Part shown: one piece after another, positions 1 to 9,671 of the stretch
Layout: each line of letters begins with the position of its first letter
How positions within the stretch are numbered: position 1 is the stretch's first letter
From: an uncultured delta proteobacterium
GTDB lineage: Bacteria; Desulfobacterota; Binatia; DP-6
NCBI GenBank assembly: GCA_963815115.1
Contig: CAWFFN010000008.1
Span: 768,001-832,000, forward strand
Length of the DNA: 64,000 nt
Direction: 5' to 3'
Translations under genes and position numbers: made by a program
Notes under the pieces: generated by a model
What the model saw: the letters and a program-made list of their open reading frames with translations, nothing else
The model's database searches: none
Told to the model about the DNA's origin: nothing

Positions 1-1
1 G

Positions 2-136
2 GGACTCGCCTACTGGTACCTCGTCCTCCCGCTCCACCGGCTCGTGTTCGCGGGGATGCTCCGGGCGCTCGGGCGGGCGGCTCTCGACGGCGCCCCGATC
101 GCGACGCCGCGGCCTACAGTTGGGAGCTCGCCATGA
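2..136 (+). CDS. 3' end of SDR/DUF2867-like protein (partial, runs off window start)
   Basis: Frame 2 reads GLAYWYLVLPLHRLVFAGMLRAL..., stop TGA 134-136; resembles the DUF2867 C-terminal motif G..YW....P.H..VF.GML. Confidence 0.65.
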   Translation, partial: GLAYWYLVLPLHRLVFAGMLRALGRAALDGAPIATPRPTVGSSP

Positions 137-391
137 CAGGGCGCAGGTTGCCGCGTGCCAGCGGGGGATCAATCCTCCGCTCGATCGGATTCCCAAGCTG
201 GACGTCGCCGGTTCGACCGCGGTCGCCCGCTCTTCGTAAGCGCCGTGATTCGTCACGGCGTTCTCTTCGGCCTTCGCGAACGCCTCGGTAGCAGCCGTGA
301 TTTTTCTCACCTTCCTGACACCGGGAAGACCCGCGCCGGACGACGAATTCGTCATCACCCCGACCCGAACCTGCTCAGTCGGGCTGAAAAC

Positions 392-1051
392 CTACCCTCT
401 TCCCATCCTCCTCAACACCTCGCCCACATCCCCCTTGTTCAGCAAGCCCACGAACGGATCCCGCGTCGAGTCCTGCTGCCACTCGTACTCCGTCGACTCG
501 GCGATCTGCTGCGCGATCTCCTTGCCGTAGAGTTTGGCGATCACGGCGAGCGCCATGTCCGTGCCGGCCGAGACGCCCGAAGAAGTCGCGACCGGCCCAT
601 CCTCCACCCAGCGCGCTTGCTCGACCCACTTCACGGCCGCGCCCTGCGCTCGTGCGAGATCGAAGAACTGCTTGTTCGAAGTCGCCCGGCGTCCGTCGAG
701 TAGACCTGCCTTCGCCAGAATCGCCGATCCGGAGCATACCGACATCGTCACCTCGGCCGTCGCCGCTCGTCGCCGTAAGAAATCGAGCATCGCGGGATTC
801 TCGAGCTGCGGGATCGTGCCGAAGCCACCCGGCAGAAGGATGAGATCCAGCATCGGCGCGCTCGCGAAGTCGAACTCGGCGACCGTCTTCGGCCGTTGAA
901 ACGACGCGACGGGTCCGGTTTTCTCGGCGACGGTCACAATCCGCAGCTCGGCGCCGATGCTGCCGAACATCTCGAGCGGCCCGTACAGGTCGAGCAGCTC
1001 GAAGTCCTCGTAGAGGACCGCTCCAAGCGTGCGGGTCTTGGGCTTGCTCAT
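392..1051 (-). CDS. DJ-1/PfpI family protein (isonitrile hydratase-like)
   Basis: FELLDLYGPLE, LILLPGG, SVCSG nucleophile elbow, TSSGVSAGTDM; start reset to MSKPK with GAGGAG RBS. Confidence 0.9.
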   Translation of the reverse strand: MSKPKTRTLGAVLYEDFELLDLYGPLEMFGSIGAELRIVTVAEKTGPVASFQRPKTVAEFDFASAPMLDLILLPGGFGTIPQLENPAMLDFLRRRAATAEVTMSVCSGSAILAKAGLLDGRRATSNKQFFDLARAQGAAVKWVEQARWVEDGPVATSSGVSAGTDMALAVIAKLYGKEIAQQIAESTEYEWQQDSTRDPFVGLLNKGDVGEVLRRMGRG

Positions 1052-1262
1052 GGTCGATTCCTCCTCGCCGACATGGACGCTATCACGACTCGCGGGCTCA
1101 CGAGCTAGCAAAAGCCTGCCAAATCCCCCGCACCAACGGACATCGCTCCCAGGGCGGGCCACCTCGGAGGGATGGTCGGCCCGACGTTTTGCCGTCTTCA
1201 AACGGGATCGAAGAAGGTCAGAGGCCGTCGTCCTCGGTGAAGCGGCCGCTTCATTGCATCGG

Positions 1263-1652
1263 CTACGCCGCTTTGCCTTGCCCCGCGTCCGACGACACCA
1301 GCAACCCGCCAAGCACGATCGCCACGAGGAATAGCGCGGGCACGTCCCCGAGCAGGTGCCCGTGATGCGCGGCCGGCATCGACTGCACCGCCATGATGCC
1401 GCCGTGCACGATGCTCGACCACACGGTGAACCAGATCAAGCTGCGATGGGCTTGTGGATCTCTCGACGCGATGAGCAGGAAGACGCCGAGCGTCGCGTAG
1501 ACTCCGACGATCATCATGAAGTACTGCGAGTCGTGGGGGGCGCCCGCGTGCCACGCCCAGCCGGACGGCCACACGATCGCCAGCGGGTAGACGAGGAGGA
1601 AGACGGCGCCGAAGAGGGCCAGGGCGATTTGCAGCAGTCGTTGAGGAGACAT
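1263..1652 (-). CDS. small membrane protein, DUF6632-like
   Basis: Four hydrophobic segments; WPSGWAWH, MIVGVYATLG, IWFTVWSS..H; GGAGGG RBS upstream. Confidence 0.7.
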   Translation of the reverse strand: MSPQRLLQIALALFGAVFLLVYPLAIVWPSGWAWHAGAPHDSQYFMMIVGVYATLGVFLLIASRDPQAHRSLIWFTVWSSIVHGGIMAVQSMPAAHHGHLLGDVPALFLVAIVLGGLLVSSDAGQGKAA

Positions 1653-2101
1653 CGTCAGGATTCCCTCCCTTTCGTGATGGCTCACGAAACCCGTGACCGC
1701 CTGCTGACAGCCAAACGCTCGCACCGACGGTCCGATTCGGTGACGCGAGATCCACCCCGGCCGAAGAAACGCGCGGCTACCTGCTTGCTCCCATGAGGCG
1801 CCGGTCTTCCGGGGACTGCGGAGGCCTTGGTCAACTACCTGGCGGCGCGTCCCATGGCATGCGCTCATGGCGAACATGCTGCTACCCCTCCTGATCTCAC
1901 CAACCCCTTGCCGCTCATAGACGAAACGCGCGTCGGAGTCACTCTCCGACGTGATCATCCGGGGAGTGCGGGGAGCGCGTCGTAGGGCTCGGAAAGTGCT
2001 CGACTTCATGAGCCGGCATCCTGCAAAAGCTGCTACTGAAGTTGCGACTGCGCCCAGCCTTCGTCTCGCTCGGCATCAGCATCGGAGGCGAGGGGAGAAC
2101 A

Positions 2102-2150
2102 TTGACAGAGCGCCCGCCGTCGCCCTACACTAGGCAAGTAGGACTTTCGT
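2102..2150 (+). promoter_or_regulatory. sigma70-type promoter with overlapping inverted-repeat operator for TA copy 1
   Basis: TTGACA 2102-2107, 18 nt, TACACT 2126-2131; CCTAC...GTAGG inverted repeat over the -10; both boxes conserved at 28012-28040. Confidence 0.8.
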
Positions 2151-2154
2151 ACCC

Positions 2155-2451
2155 GTGGCGAGCGCTGCAACCAAGGTCGGCCCGAAGTTCCAGGTCACCA
2201 TCCCGAAGAACGTCCGGGACGCGGTCGGCCTCAAGGTGGGCGATTTGGTCGAGGCCTCCGTCGGGCGCGAGGGCATCGTCCTCCGCCAGAAGGTTCTCAT
2301 CGACAAGCCAGTGAGTCTGGCAAGGCAACTCGAGGAATCGGACGCGGCGGTGAAGGCCGGACGGGTCCTCGGACCATTCAAATCGGCCGGCGCCGCAATG
2401 AAGGCCGTGAAAGCCCATGCGCGCCGTGCTGACCGAACCGTTCGCCGCTAA
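2155..2451 (+). CDS. AbrB/MazE/SpoVT-family antitoxin (copy 1)
   Basis: TKVGPKFQVTIPKNVRDAVGLKVGD swapped-hairpin motif; overlaps the downstream toxin. Confidence 0.9.
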   Translation: MASAATKVGPKFQVTIPKNVRDAVGLKVGDLVEASVGREGIVLRQKVLIDKPVSLARQLEESDAAVKAGRVLGPFKSAGAAMKAVKAHARRADRTVRR

Positions 2452-2662
2452 CCTGATCGCGAGCCCGCCCGAGGTCCAGAAGGCCTTCGGCAAGCAGCTC
2501 ACGAATCTCCTCCGCGACCTGCGCCACCCTTCCCTGCGAGCGAAGAAGTACGAGGAACGCACGGGCCTCTGGCAAGCCCGGATCAACGACGACTGGCGAA
2601 TGTACTTCACCATCGAGGGCGACGTCTACGTGCTGCGAGCGATCACGCCTCACCCGAAGTAG
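2417..2662 (+). CDS. RelE/ParE-superfamily toxin (copy 1)
   Basis: 81 aa; HPSLRAKK..., WQARINDDWRMYF, C-terminal PH; directly downstream of the antitoxin. Confidence 0.8.
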   Translation: MRAVLTEPFAANLIASPPEVQKAFGKQLTNLLRDLRHPSLRAKKYEERTGLWQARINDDWRMYFTIEGDVYVLRAITPHPK

Positions 2663-2689
2663 CTCGCTCGTGCAGGATGCGTCGGCCAC

Positions 2690-2907
2690 ACTCTTGAGCG
2701 GCGGAATCAGTAGGTCAATGTCCTCGACTGAGCATCGGTCAGTCTCCATCCAGTCACCATGCCCATGCCTCCCGGTGCCTGCCGATGGATGAGCGCGACG
2801 CGTAACCTCCGAATCTTCCGAGATACGGCCACCCGCCGGAACCTCCCGGCAACCTCCTGCGTCCTTTCGTAATCAGTAGGTCGCCGGTTCGACTCCGGCG
2901 GGTGGCT
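2690..2907 (+). mobile_element. type A att-like end: conserved arm plus tRNA-Thr(CGT) 3' half (core 2866-2907)
   Basis: TTCGTAA TCAGT AGGTC GCCGG TTCGACT CCGGC GGGTGGC T = anticodon loop, T-arm and 3' acceptor strand; no D-arm; arm shared with 12119-12338 and 28600-28816. Confidence 0.85.
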
Positions 2908-3236
2908 GTTGGGATTCTGCAGACTTACTGCCTGATGCTGCTAAGAAGGTGGCGGGCTGTGGCACCAAGCGCTGGCCGTGCGAGAATCGGTCAGGCGCAA
3001 TTTCCGTTGACATCGCGCCCCGCGGTGACTGACCGACAAGCGCTCGACCTCCTGGGCGGAGAGGTCCTTCCAGCCGTTCCGTGCCTCGACGGCCTCGCGG
3101 AGGATGTCGAGGTACTCGTCGCGGCTGCGCCCGTACGACCCTGATGTCTGATCGGCGTCTCGTCCTCCTGGCGGGGCCGACCGTGATCCTCCAGCAGCGC
3201 GGTCAGGGTCATCGCCATTGCCCAGACCGCGACTAC

Positions 3237-3304
3237 GCCCGACGACCAGGCGATCAGCGGCGGCCCAGCGTGGCCGGCCGTCCGCTGCACCGGCTTGTGC
3301 TGGC
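3237..3304 (-). other. degenerate integron attC-like site
   Basis: Minus strand GCCAGCAC-AAGCCG-GTGCAGCGG-A-CGGCC...GGCCG-CCGCTGAT...GTCGGGC: paired L boxes with two extrahelical bases; both R boxes deviate from consensus. Confidence 0.5.
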
Positions 3305-3890
3305 GCCGGCCTCGCTGCTGCCGGATCACCGGGGCGAGCGCCCGGAGAGCCTCGTTGACCGATGCGCCATCGGGGAAACATCAAGGACGTCAGGATCGAC
3401 GACGACGACGTTCGTTCCCTGGACGATCCGTCACCGCTGGCGCCAGGTAGTTCTCTACCCGCCACTCCGTCGTCGTCCCCCAACGGGGGAGCGACTTGGT
3501 CGCCAGTCGTCACGACAAGGGCCACCGCTCACGTCGATCGGCTGAACCCTGCCCCTTGCGCCCTACCGCCTGCTGCGCGAGGAGAGACGAGGGAGCAGGG
3601 CGAAGCCCGATACACAGACGGTACCCGGTGCACCTGAGCCCGAGACCGACGCCCTCCCAGGCGCGCCATCACCAGGCCGGATCGAGCACGGGTTCGTCTC
3701 GACGTTCCTCGCCCGCTGGGGGGAGGCGGTCGTGCCCCGATCATCGAGCGCGCGGGCGTGTCGCCGGATCTGATCACGCCCCGCAGCCGCATCGCGGCAG
3801 CCTTGACGTGTCGGTGACCCCGCCGAAGCGCCCGCCTTGCCCTCGGCTGGTGTGACGAGTCTCTCCACGCACACTCATCGGCGTACCACA

Positions 3891-3933
3891 ATCGGCGGGC
3901 TCACATCGGCGGGCTCACAATCGGCGGGCTCAC
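3891..3933 (+). repeat. three tandem copies of ATCGGCGGGCTCAC
   Basis: Copies at 3891-3904, 3905-3918 and 3920-3933. Confidence 0.9.
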
Positions 3934-4019
3934 CGCTTGCGCGCCGCCGGCGTCATGGGCTACCCGCTACTGCTCTGGCAGCGCACTGACGACTCACCGG
4001 GGCGAGGGAGAGCGGACGC

Positions 4020-6452
4020 ATGGAGGCGGCGGATGGAATCGGCGGCGGGCAAGTGGGCAGCGCGACGGGAGCCAGGAGGCGCCGAAAGCGCGCGGCCGCG
4101 GCGAAGCTGACGCGAACCCACCCGCCGGCCGACGCGACACTCGAACAGTGGCAGGTAGCCCTCCGGCGGCAGTTCGGCCGGGCGCAGCCCTTTGGCCTGG
4201 AGAACGTCGGGCCGCACCCCGTCGTCTCCGAGTTTCGGGTCACGAACCCCGCGAGTCGCCAAACCTACCGCGTGGCGATCCGTGGCGTGCAACCGGGCGA
4301 CAACTTCTGCTCCTGCCCGGACTTTGCGACCAACCAGCTCGGCACCTGCAAGCACGTCGAGTTCACGCTCGCACGGCTCGAGCGCCAGCCCGGTGGTAGG
4401 CGGGCGCTTCGCGAGCGGGTTCGGCCGCCCTACAGCGAGGTGTTCCTCTCCTACGGAGTCCGCCGCACGGTCCGGTTCCGTCCGGGAGCCGACGCGCCCA
4501 CCGCCCTGGTTCGGCTCGCGGCACGCCACTTCGACCAGGACGGCGTGCTGCGGCCGGGCGCTTTCGCAACGCTCGGGGAGTTCGTCGCGAAAGCATCCCG
4601 CCTCGATCGCGGCCTCCGGTGCTACGAAGATGCACTCGCGTTCGTGGCCGAGGTCCGCGACGCCCGGCAGCGGCGCGATCGACTCGCTCGCGCGTTCCCG
4701 AGCGGGGCGGACAGCCCGGCCTTCGACGACCTCGTGGGCGTCCCCCTCTATCCGTACCAGCGCGAGGGGGCTCTCTTCGCGGCCCGCGCCGGGCGTTGCC
4801 TCATCGGGGACGAGATGGGGCTCGGCAAGACCGTGCAGGCGATCGCCGCTGTCGAGATCCTGGCGCGCCTCTTCGGCGTCGAGCGCGTGCTCGTCGTCTG
4901 CCCCACGTCGCTCAAGCACCAGTGGGAGCGGGAGATCGCGCGGTTCACCCAGCGGGTGGCCTTGGTCGTGGGAGGTGCCCTCGGCGAGCGGCATGCACAG
5001 TTCCTCGCCGACGGCTTCTACAAGATCACCAACTACGACGCCGTCCATCGCGACCTCGAGGCGATCCGGCGCTGGGCGCCCGACGTGGCGATCCTCGACG
5101 AGGCCCAGCGCATCAAGAACTGGACGACGCGCGCCGCCAGGAGCGTCAAGCAGATCATGTCGCCGTATGCGATCATCCTCACGGGTACCCCGCTGGAGAA
5201 CCGACTCCAGGAGCTGGTCTCGATCGTCGAGTTCATCGACCGGCACCGACTCGGGCCGACGTACCGCTTCCTCCACGACCACCAGCTCGTCGACGAGAGT
5301 GGCCGGGTGGTCGGCTACCGCGATCTCGACCGGATCGGCCGCACGCTGGCGCCGATCCTCATCCGGCGGCGCAAGGCGGATGTCCTGTCGCAGCTCCCAG
5401 GGCGCCTCGAGAAGCGGCTCGTCCTGCCGATGACGACCCAGCAGCTCGCGCACCACGAGGAGAACCGCGAGATCGTGGCCCGCATCGTTCACAAGTGGCG
5501 GCGCTACCGATTCCTGTCCGAGGTGGACCAGCGGCGACTGATGGTCGCGCTGCAGCGCATGCGGATGGCGTGCGACAGCACGTACCTGCTCGACGGGACC
5601 ACCGACTTCGGCCCGAAGCCCGACGAGGCCGCGACGCTGCTCGAGGAGATCTTCGAGGAGCCCGAGACCAAGGTCGTCGTCTTCAGCCAGTGGCTCCGCA
5701 TGCACGAGCTGCTGGTGCGCCGGTTCGAGCGGCGGCAGTGGGACCACGTTCTGTTCCACGGCGGCGTCGACGGCCCGCGGCGCGCAGCGCTGGTCGACCG
5801 ATTCCGCGACGACCCGCGCTGCCGGGCCTTCCTCTCCACCGACGCGGGCGGCGTGGGGCTCAACCTGCAGCACGCGTCGGTAGTCCTCAACATGGACCTG
5901 CCATGGAATCCCGCGGTCCTCGAACAGCGGATCGGGCGGGTACATCGGCTCGGGCAGACACGGCCGGTGCGCGTCGTACACTTCATCGCGCAGGGGACGA
6001 TCGAGGAGGGAATGCTCGCGCGGCTCGGCTTCAAGCGGTCGCTGTTCGCCGGCGTCCTCGATGGCGGCGAGCGCGAGGTCTTCCTCGGCGGCAGCCGGCT
6101 GACCCGCTTCATGGAGAGCGTCGAGCAAGCGACAGCGCAGCCTGGCGCCGAGGAGGCCGGGGCGGTTGACGCAGCTGACGGGCGCCGTGCCGGCGATCCG
6201 CTCCCGGCGGCGTCGCTCGTCGATGCCCTCGGGGGACTGCTTCGGAGCAGTCTCGCGCTCCTCGAGCAGATGAATACGGCGCCCCGAAGCGGGCGCGATG
6301 GCGGGTCGCCAGGTGCTACGCGGCCAGGCATCGAGGTGAGGCGGGACGCGGAGACGGGTGAGGCCGAGGTGACGATCCGGCTCGGGGACGCGGAGAAGGT
6401 CCATCGCCTGTTGCGGTCCGCCGGCGAGCTGCTCGAGGGTCTCCGGAGATAG
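4020..6452 (+). CDS. SWIM zinc-finger SNF2-family helicase/ATPase
   Basis: CSCPDF...CKH SWIM motif; DEMGLGKT, DEAQ, LTGTPLEN, STDAGGVGLNL, QRIGRVHR. Confidence 0.93.
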   Translation: MEAADGIGGGQVGSATGARRRRKRAAAAKLTRTHPPADATLEQWQVALRRQFGRAQPFGLENVGPHPVVSEFRVTNPASRQTYRVAIRGVQPGDNFCSCPDFATNQLGTCKHVEFTLARLERQPGGRRALRERVRPPYSEVFLSYGVRRTVRFRPGADAPTALVRLAARHFDQDGVLRPGAFATLGEFVAKASRLDRGLRCYEDALAFVAEVRDARQRRDRLARAFPSGADSPAFDDLVGVPLYPYQREGALFAARAGRCLIGDEMGLGKTVQAIAAVEILARLFGVERVLVVCPTSLKHQWEREIARFTQRVALVVGGALGERHAQFLADGFYKITNYDAVHRDLEAIRRWAPDVAILDEAQRIKNWTTRAARSVKQIMSPYAIILTGTPLENRLQELVSIVEFIDRHRLGPTYRFLHDHQLVDESGRVVGYRDLDRIGRTLAPILIRRRKADVLSQLPGRLEKRLVLPMTTQQLAHHEENREIVARIVHKWRRYRFLSEVDQRRLMVALQRMRMACDSTYLLDGTTDFGPKPDEAATLLEEIFEEPETKVVVFSQWLRMHELLVRRFERRQWDHVLFHGGVDGPRRAALVDRFRDDPRCRAFLSTDAGGVGLNLQHASVVLNMDLPWNPAVLEQRIGRVHRLGQTRPVRVVHFIAQGTIEEGMLARLGFKRSLFAGVLDGGEREVFLGGSRLTRFMESVEQATAQPGAEEAGAVDAADGRRAGDPLPAASLVDALGGLLRSSLALLEQMNTAPRSGRDGGSPGATRPGIEVRRDAETGEAEVTIRLGDAEKVHRLLRSAGELLEGLRR

Positions 6453-6511
6453 CCCGTGGCTACGATGTCGCCGGCAGGTTCGCTCTCGTGCAGTACACCG
6501 AGCCGCCAGGC

Positions 6512-8920
6512 TCAGCTTCGGCCTTCATCCCTCGGTACCCCGTACCCGAGCACCCGGTAGCCGCGTAGTCGCTTCTCGAACATGCGGGCGAGCATCGGTA
6601 CCCGATGATCGACATAGTCGTAGATCCTCACCTCGGTCTTCTGCGGGTGGAGCCGGCTGAGCCGGCCTGCGTACTGGACGACCGTCCCCCTCCACGCGAT
6701 GGGCAAAGCCAGGAAGAGAGTGTCCAGGCGCGCGTCGTCCAGGCCTTCGCCGACGTAACGACCGGTCGCGAGCACGAGCCGCTCCTCGTGGTCTGGGATC
6801 AGCGCAAGACGGTCGAGAGCTGCACGACGCTCCCCCGCTCGGATTCCACCCTGCAGCACGACGACGTGACGTGCGAAGCCTCGAACGTGGTTCGCCAGAT
6901 ATTCCAGATGGTCCCTGCGCTCCGTCAACACGATGGGGGAACGGCCCTCGTCGACCGCGGCGATGATATCGTTGAGGATCAGCTCGTTCCGCGCTTTGTC
7001 ACCTGCGAGCGCAGCATACAGACCCTGGATGCCCGCGTCGGCGTCGATGGCCTCTGCCTCGAAGTCTGTCTGCCGGCAGATCAGGTGGTGCGCGAACGGC
7101 CGGCGGACTGCGTCGCTGCGTGGATCGACCATGTATCGTACCGGGCCACACTGCATGTGGACGATCGGCTGCTGGCCGTCCCGTCGGTAGGGCGTCGCGG
7201 TCAGCCCGACCACGAAGCGTGCCCTCACCTCGGCGAGCACCCGCTCGAACGACACGGCCGGGAGATGGTGGCATTCGTCGACGATCACGTGGCCGTAGCC
7301 GGCGGTCACTTCATCGACATCGCCGTCGCGGACCAGGCTTTGGATCATGGCCACGTCGACCCATCCCGTCACGCAGCGTTTCCCGCCCCCGATCTGGCCG
7401 ATCGCCTTCGCGTCCACGCCGAAGAACAGCGCGAGCTGCGTCCGCCACTGATCGAGCAAGGGCTTGCGGTGGACCAGCACCAGCGTGCTGCGCCCGCGAG
7501 CCGCGGTGAGATAGGTACCCACGACCGTCTTGCCTGTCCCCGGCGGCGCGACGAGCACGCCGGTATCGTGTGTCAGGAGTTGCTTGACGGCGTCCTGCTG
7601 GACCAGCGTTAGCTCACCGTGAAAGCTGGTCTCGATCGCTCGACCCTCGACCCGCCGGTCGTCCACGCGAAGCGTCGCACCATGGCTCCCGAGGAGCTCG
7701 GCCAGGTCTTCGCCACAGCCACGCGGCAGGGCGAGATGCTGTGGCAGATCCTCAGCGCAAGCGATCACCCGCGGCGTGAGCGCCGTCGACAGGCGTGCCT
7801 TCTGCCGCCGGTAAAACTCCGGGTTCTGGAAGGCCGCGAGGCGCTTGATCTGATTCAGGAGGGCCGACGGCAGGCGAGCCTTCTCGACGAAGAGACGCTG
7901 CGCGAGGACGACTCGAACCTCGGCCGGGACCGGCTCTGTGAGGTGTACACCCCTCGATCGTCGCGGGGACGGGATCACCCAGGGCTGCTCGGCGTCCCCG
8001 TCATCGGTCTGACTGATCTGGAGCCCGATGATCTCGCCACGCCGCGTACCCTGCTCTGCAACCGCCTCGACTGCGCCAGGGTTGATCGGGCGGACACTCG
8101 CAAGGAACGCCCATTGGTCGGGGAACGGCACGAGCGCGTCGTCGACGAACACCGTGTTCCCGCGCTGCCTCGCCCCGTGCTGAAGAGGCAGCGCGATCAG
8201 ATTCCCGAACCCTCCGCGTGGAAGCGTGTCCTGGTTCGGGAAGAGCCGATCGTACGACTCGAGAGACAGCTCATGGCGACGAGCCATCGTTTCCGTAATC
8301 AGGTAGCAGCCCATCTTGCGGGCGGTGCTCGCGAGAACCGGCGCCGCGAAGAAGAACCAGACGTGTGCCCCCTCGCCAGAGCGCGAACGCTCGACGGCAA
8401 CCGGCAAGCTCATGGCACGGCACGTGTCGACGAACGCGGCGACGTCGTCTGCCCAGGACTGCTTGTCGAAATCGGCAACGAGCAGCCAACAACGGCCGTC
8501 TTCGAGCATCGGATAGACGCCGACCACGTGGCGTCCCTGGAGATGATCCAACACCGCCTGGTCACTCACCGGGATGAAGGCCTGGTTCGGACAGTCCCCG
8601 CACTTGACGCGAGGCTTCTCGCACACGCCGCGCACCCATTCATTCGCGCAGGCGGGGGCGTAGCCATGACGGCCGGTGCGGAGGTTATCCCAGTACCGCG
8701 GGTAGACGTCATCGCGGCCGCGGAACAACCTTCGGAACAGGGCAACCTTCTCGGCGGACGTGGCGGGCGACGCCGCCGCGGCGATCGACGCAGTGCCGTT
8801 GCCCAGGGAAGCTTCGAGCGCCCGAAGGCGTTCACGCGTCTGAGCGCGCTCCTGCTCGAGCCGGTCGAGCACCGCCTGCTGTCGCGCAATCTCGCCGAGA
8901 ATGGTCTCGCGATCGCCCAC
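6512..8920 (-). CDS. TOTE-type archaeo-eukaryotic primase domain fused to SF2 DEAD/DEAH helicase
   Basis: FRGRDDVY, ADFD, ERSRSGEGAHVW, YDRLFPNQD, GNLIALPLQ; APPGTGKT, DECHH, TATP, QYAGRLSR; GTG start with GAGGAGG RBS. Confidence 0.88.
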   Translation of the reverse strand: MGDRETILGEIARQQAVLDRLEQERAQTRERLRALEASLGNGTASIAAAASPATSAEKVALFRRLFRGRDDVYPRYWDNLRTGRHGYAPACANEWVRGVCEKPRVKCGDCPNQAFIPVSDQAVLDHLQGRHVVGVYPMLEDGRCWLLVADFDKQSWADDVAAFVDTCRAMSLPVAVERSRSGEGAHVWFFFAAPVLASTARKMGCYLITETMARRHELSLESYDRLFPNQDTLPRGGFGNLIALPLQHGARQRGNTVFVDDALVPFPDQWAFLASVRPINPGAVEAVAEQGTRRGEIIGLQISQTDDGDAEQPWVIPSPRRSRGVHLTEPVPAEVRVVLAQRLFVEKARLPSALLNQIKRLAAFQNPEFYRRQKARLSTALTPRVIACAEDLPQHLALPRGCGEDLAELLGSHGATLRVDDRRVEGRAIETSFHGELTLVQQDAVKQLLTHDTGVLVAPPGTGKTVVGTYLTAARGRSTLVLVHRKPLLDQWRTQLALFFGVDAKAIGQIGGGKRCVTGWVDVAMIQSLVRDGDVDEVTAGYGHVIVDECHHLPAVSFERVLAEVRARFVVGLTATPYRRDGQQPIVHMQCGPVRYMVDPRSDAVRRPFAHHLICRQTDFEAEAIDADAGIQGLYAALAGDKARNELILNDIIAAVDEGRSPIVLTERRDHLEYLANHVRGFARHVVVLQGGIRAGERRAALDRLALIPDHEERLVLATGRYVGEGLDDARLDTLFLALPIAWRGTVVQYAGRLSRLHPQKTEVRIYDYVDHRVPMLARMFEKRLRGYRVLGYGVPRDEGRS

Positions 8921-9671
8921 TGCCTCCTCGCACAGCCCGCTACACCCGGCCCCTGGTGGCGGAGTGCACACTAGCGCCCTACGCGTTCGGAGAGAAGGTC
9001 ACCCTCCGCTCCTCCACCTCTCGGGAGGCGCCCCGCAACTCGAGGAAGAGGTAGGTTTCCCACCTCGCCCAAGAGTCGCGGCGCCTTCCCGGGTCGGGTG
9101 TCGCCCTGTCGGCAGATGACGCACGTCATTGGCTTCGTCCTTGTCGACGGCCCCCCAGGATCCCGACGAGGAAGCCGGGGCTGAAGGGGATGACGTCATC
9201 GCTCCTCCTTCGTAACGGCCCCCTCGAGCAGGGTCCGGCACCCAGAGCAAGGGCCACGGCTAGACGGGATGAGGGAGCCGAGCTTCGCAGGCTGTGAACC
9301 CGGCTCAAGCTCCCAAGACACTCGACGACGCGGGCACGCTTCGAATGCTGCTCCGCCGGCGCTCCACCGTCCACCATGCCGGGGTGGGACCAAAACGCTG
9401 GATGACTGCCAAGCACCTCATGCTCCGGAACCGCAGCCCAGCCGAGTAGTCCACGAGGGCGGGACCTAGCCTGGTGAAGGCGGGGGGTCAGATGGTGTTC
9501 CGATTCCCGAGAAAGGGCTGCTGCCTCCGGGCCGTTTTCCGGGGTGTCAATGGACGAACGGAGCCGGCTCGCGATTTGCACCGGCTAGCCGCCAAAGGGT
9601 GCGACGCGTCCGATGTCCGCCATTGCTGCGATGAATGCCGTCGGAAACGGATTTCAGGGGGGCACGCTGGT

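Noticed and set aside
2828-2907. Complete tRNA-Thr gene
   Set aside because: No D-arm and no 5' anticodon-stem strand complementary to TCAGT; only the 3' half is tRNA-derived. The same holds for the other copies.
3891-3933. CRISPR array
   Set aside because: Repeats are 14 bp with no spacers, and there are no cas genes in the window
3960-6404. 814-aa minus-strand ORF
   Set aside because: Antisense shadow of the SNF2 gene, typical of high-GC DNA; no motifs
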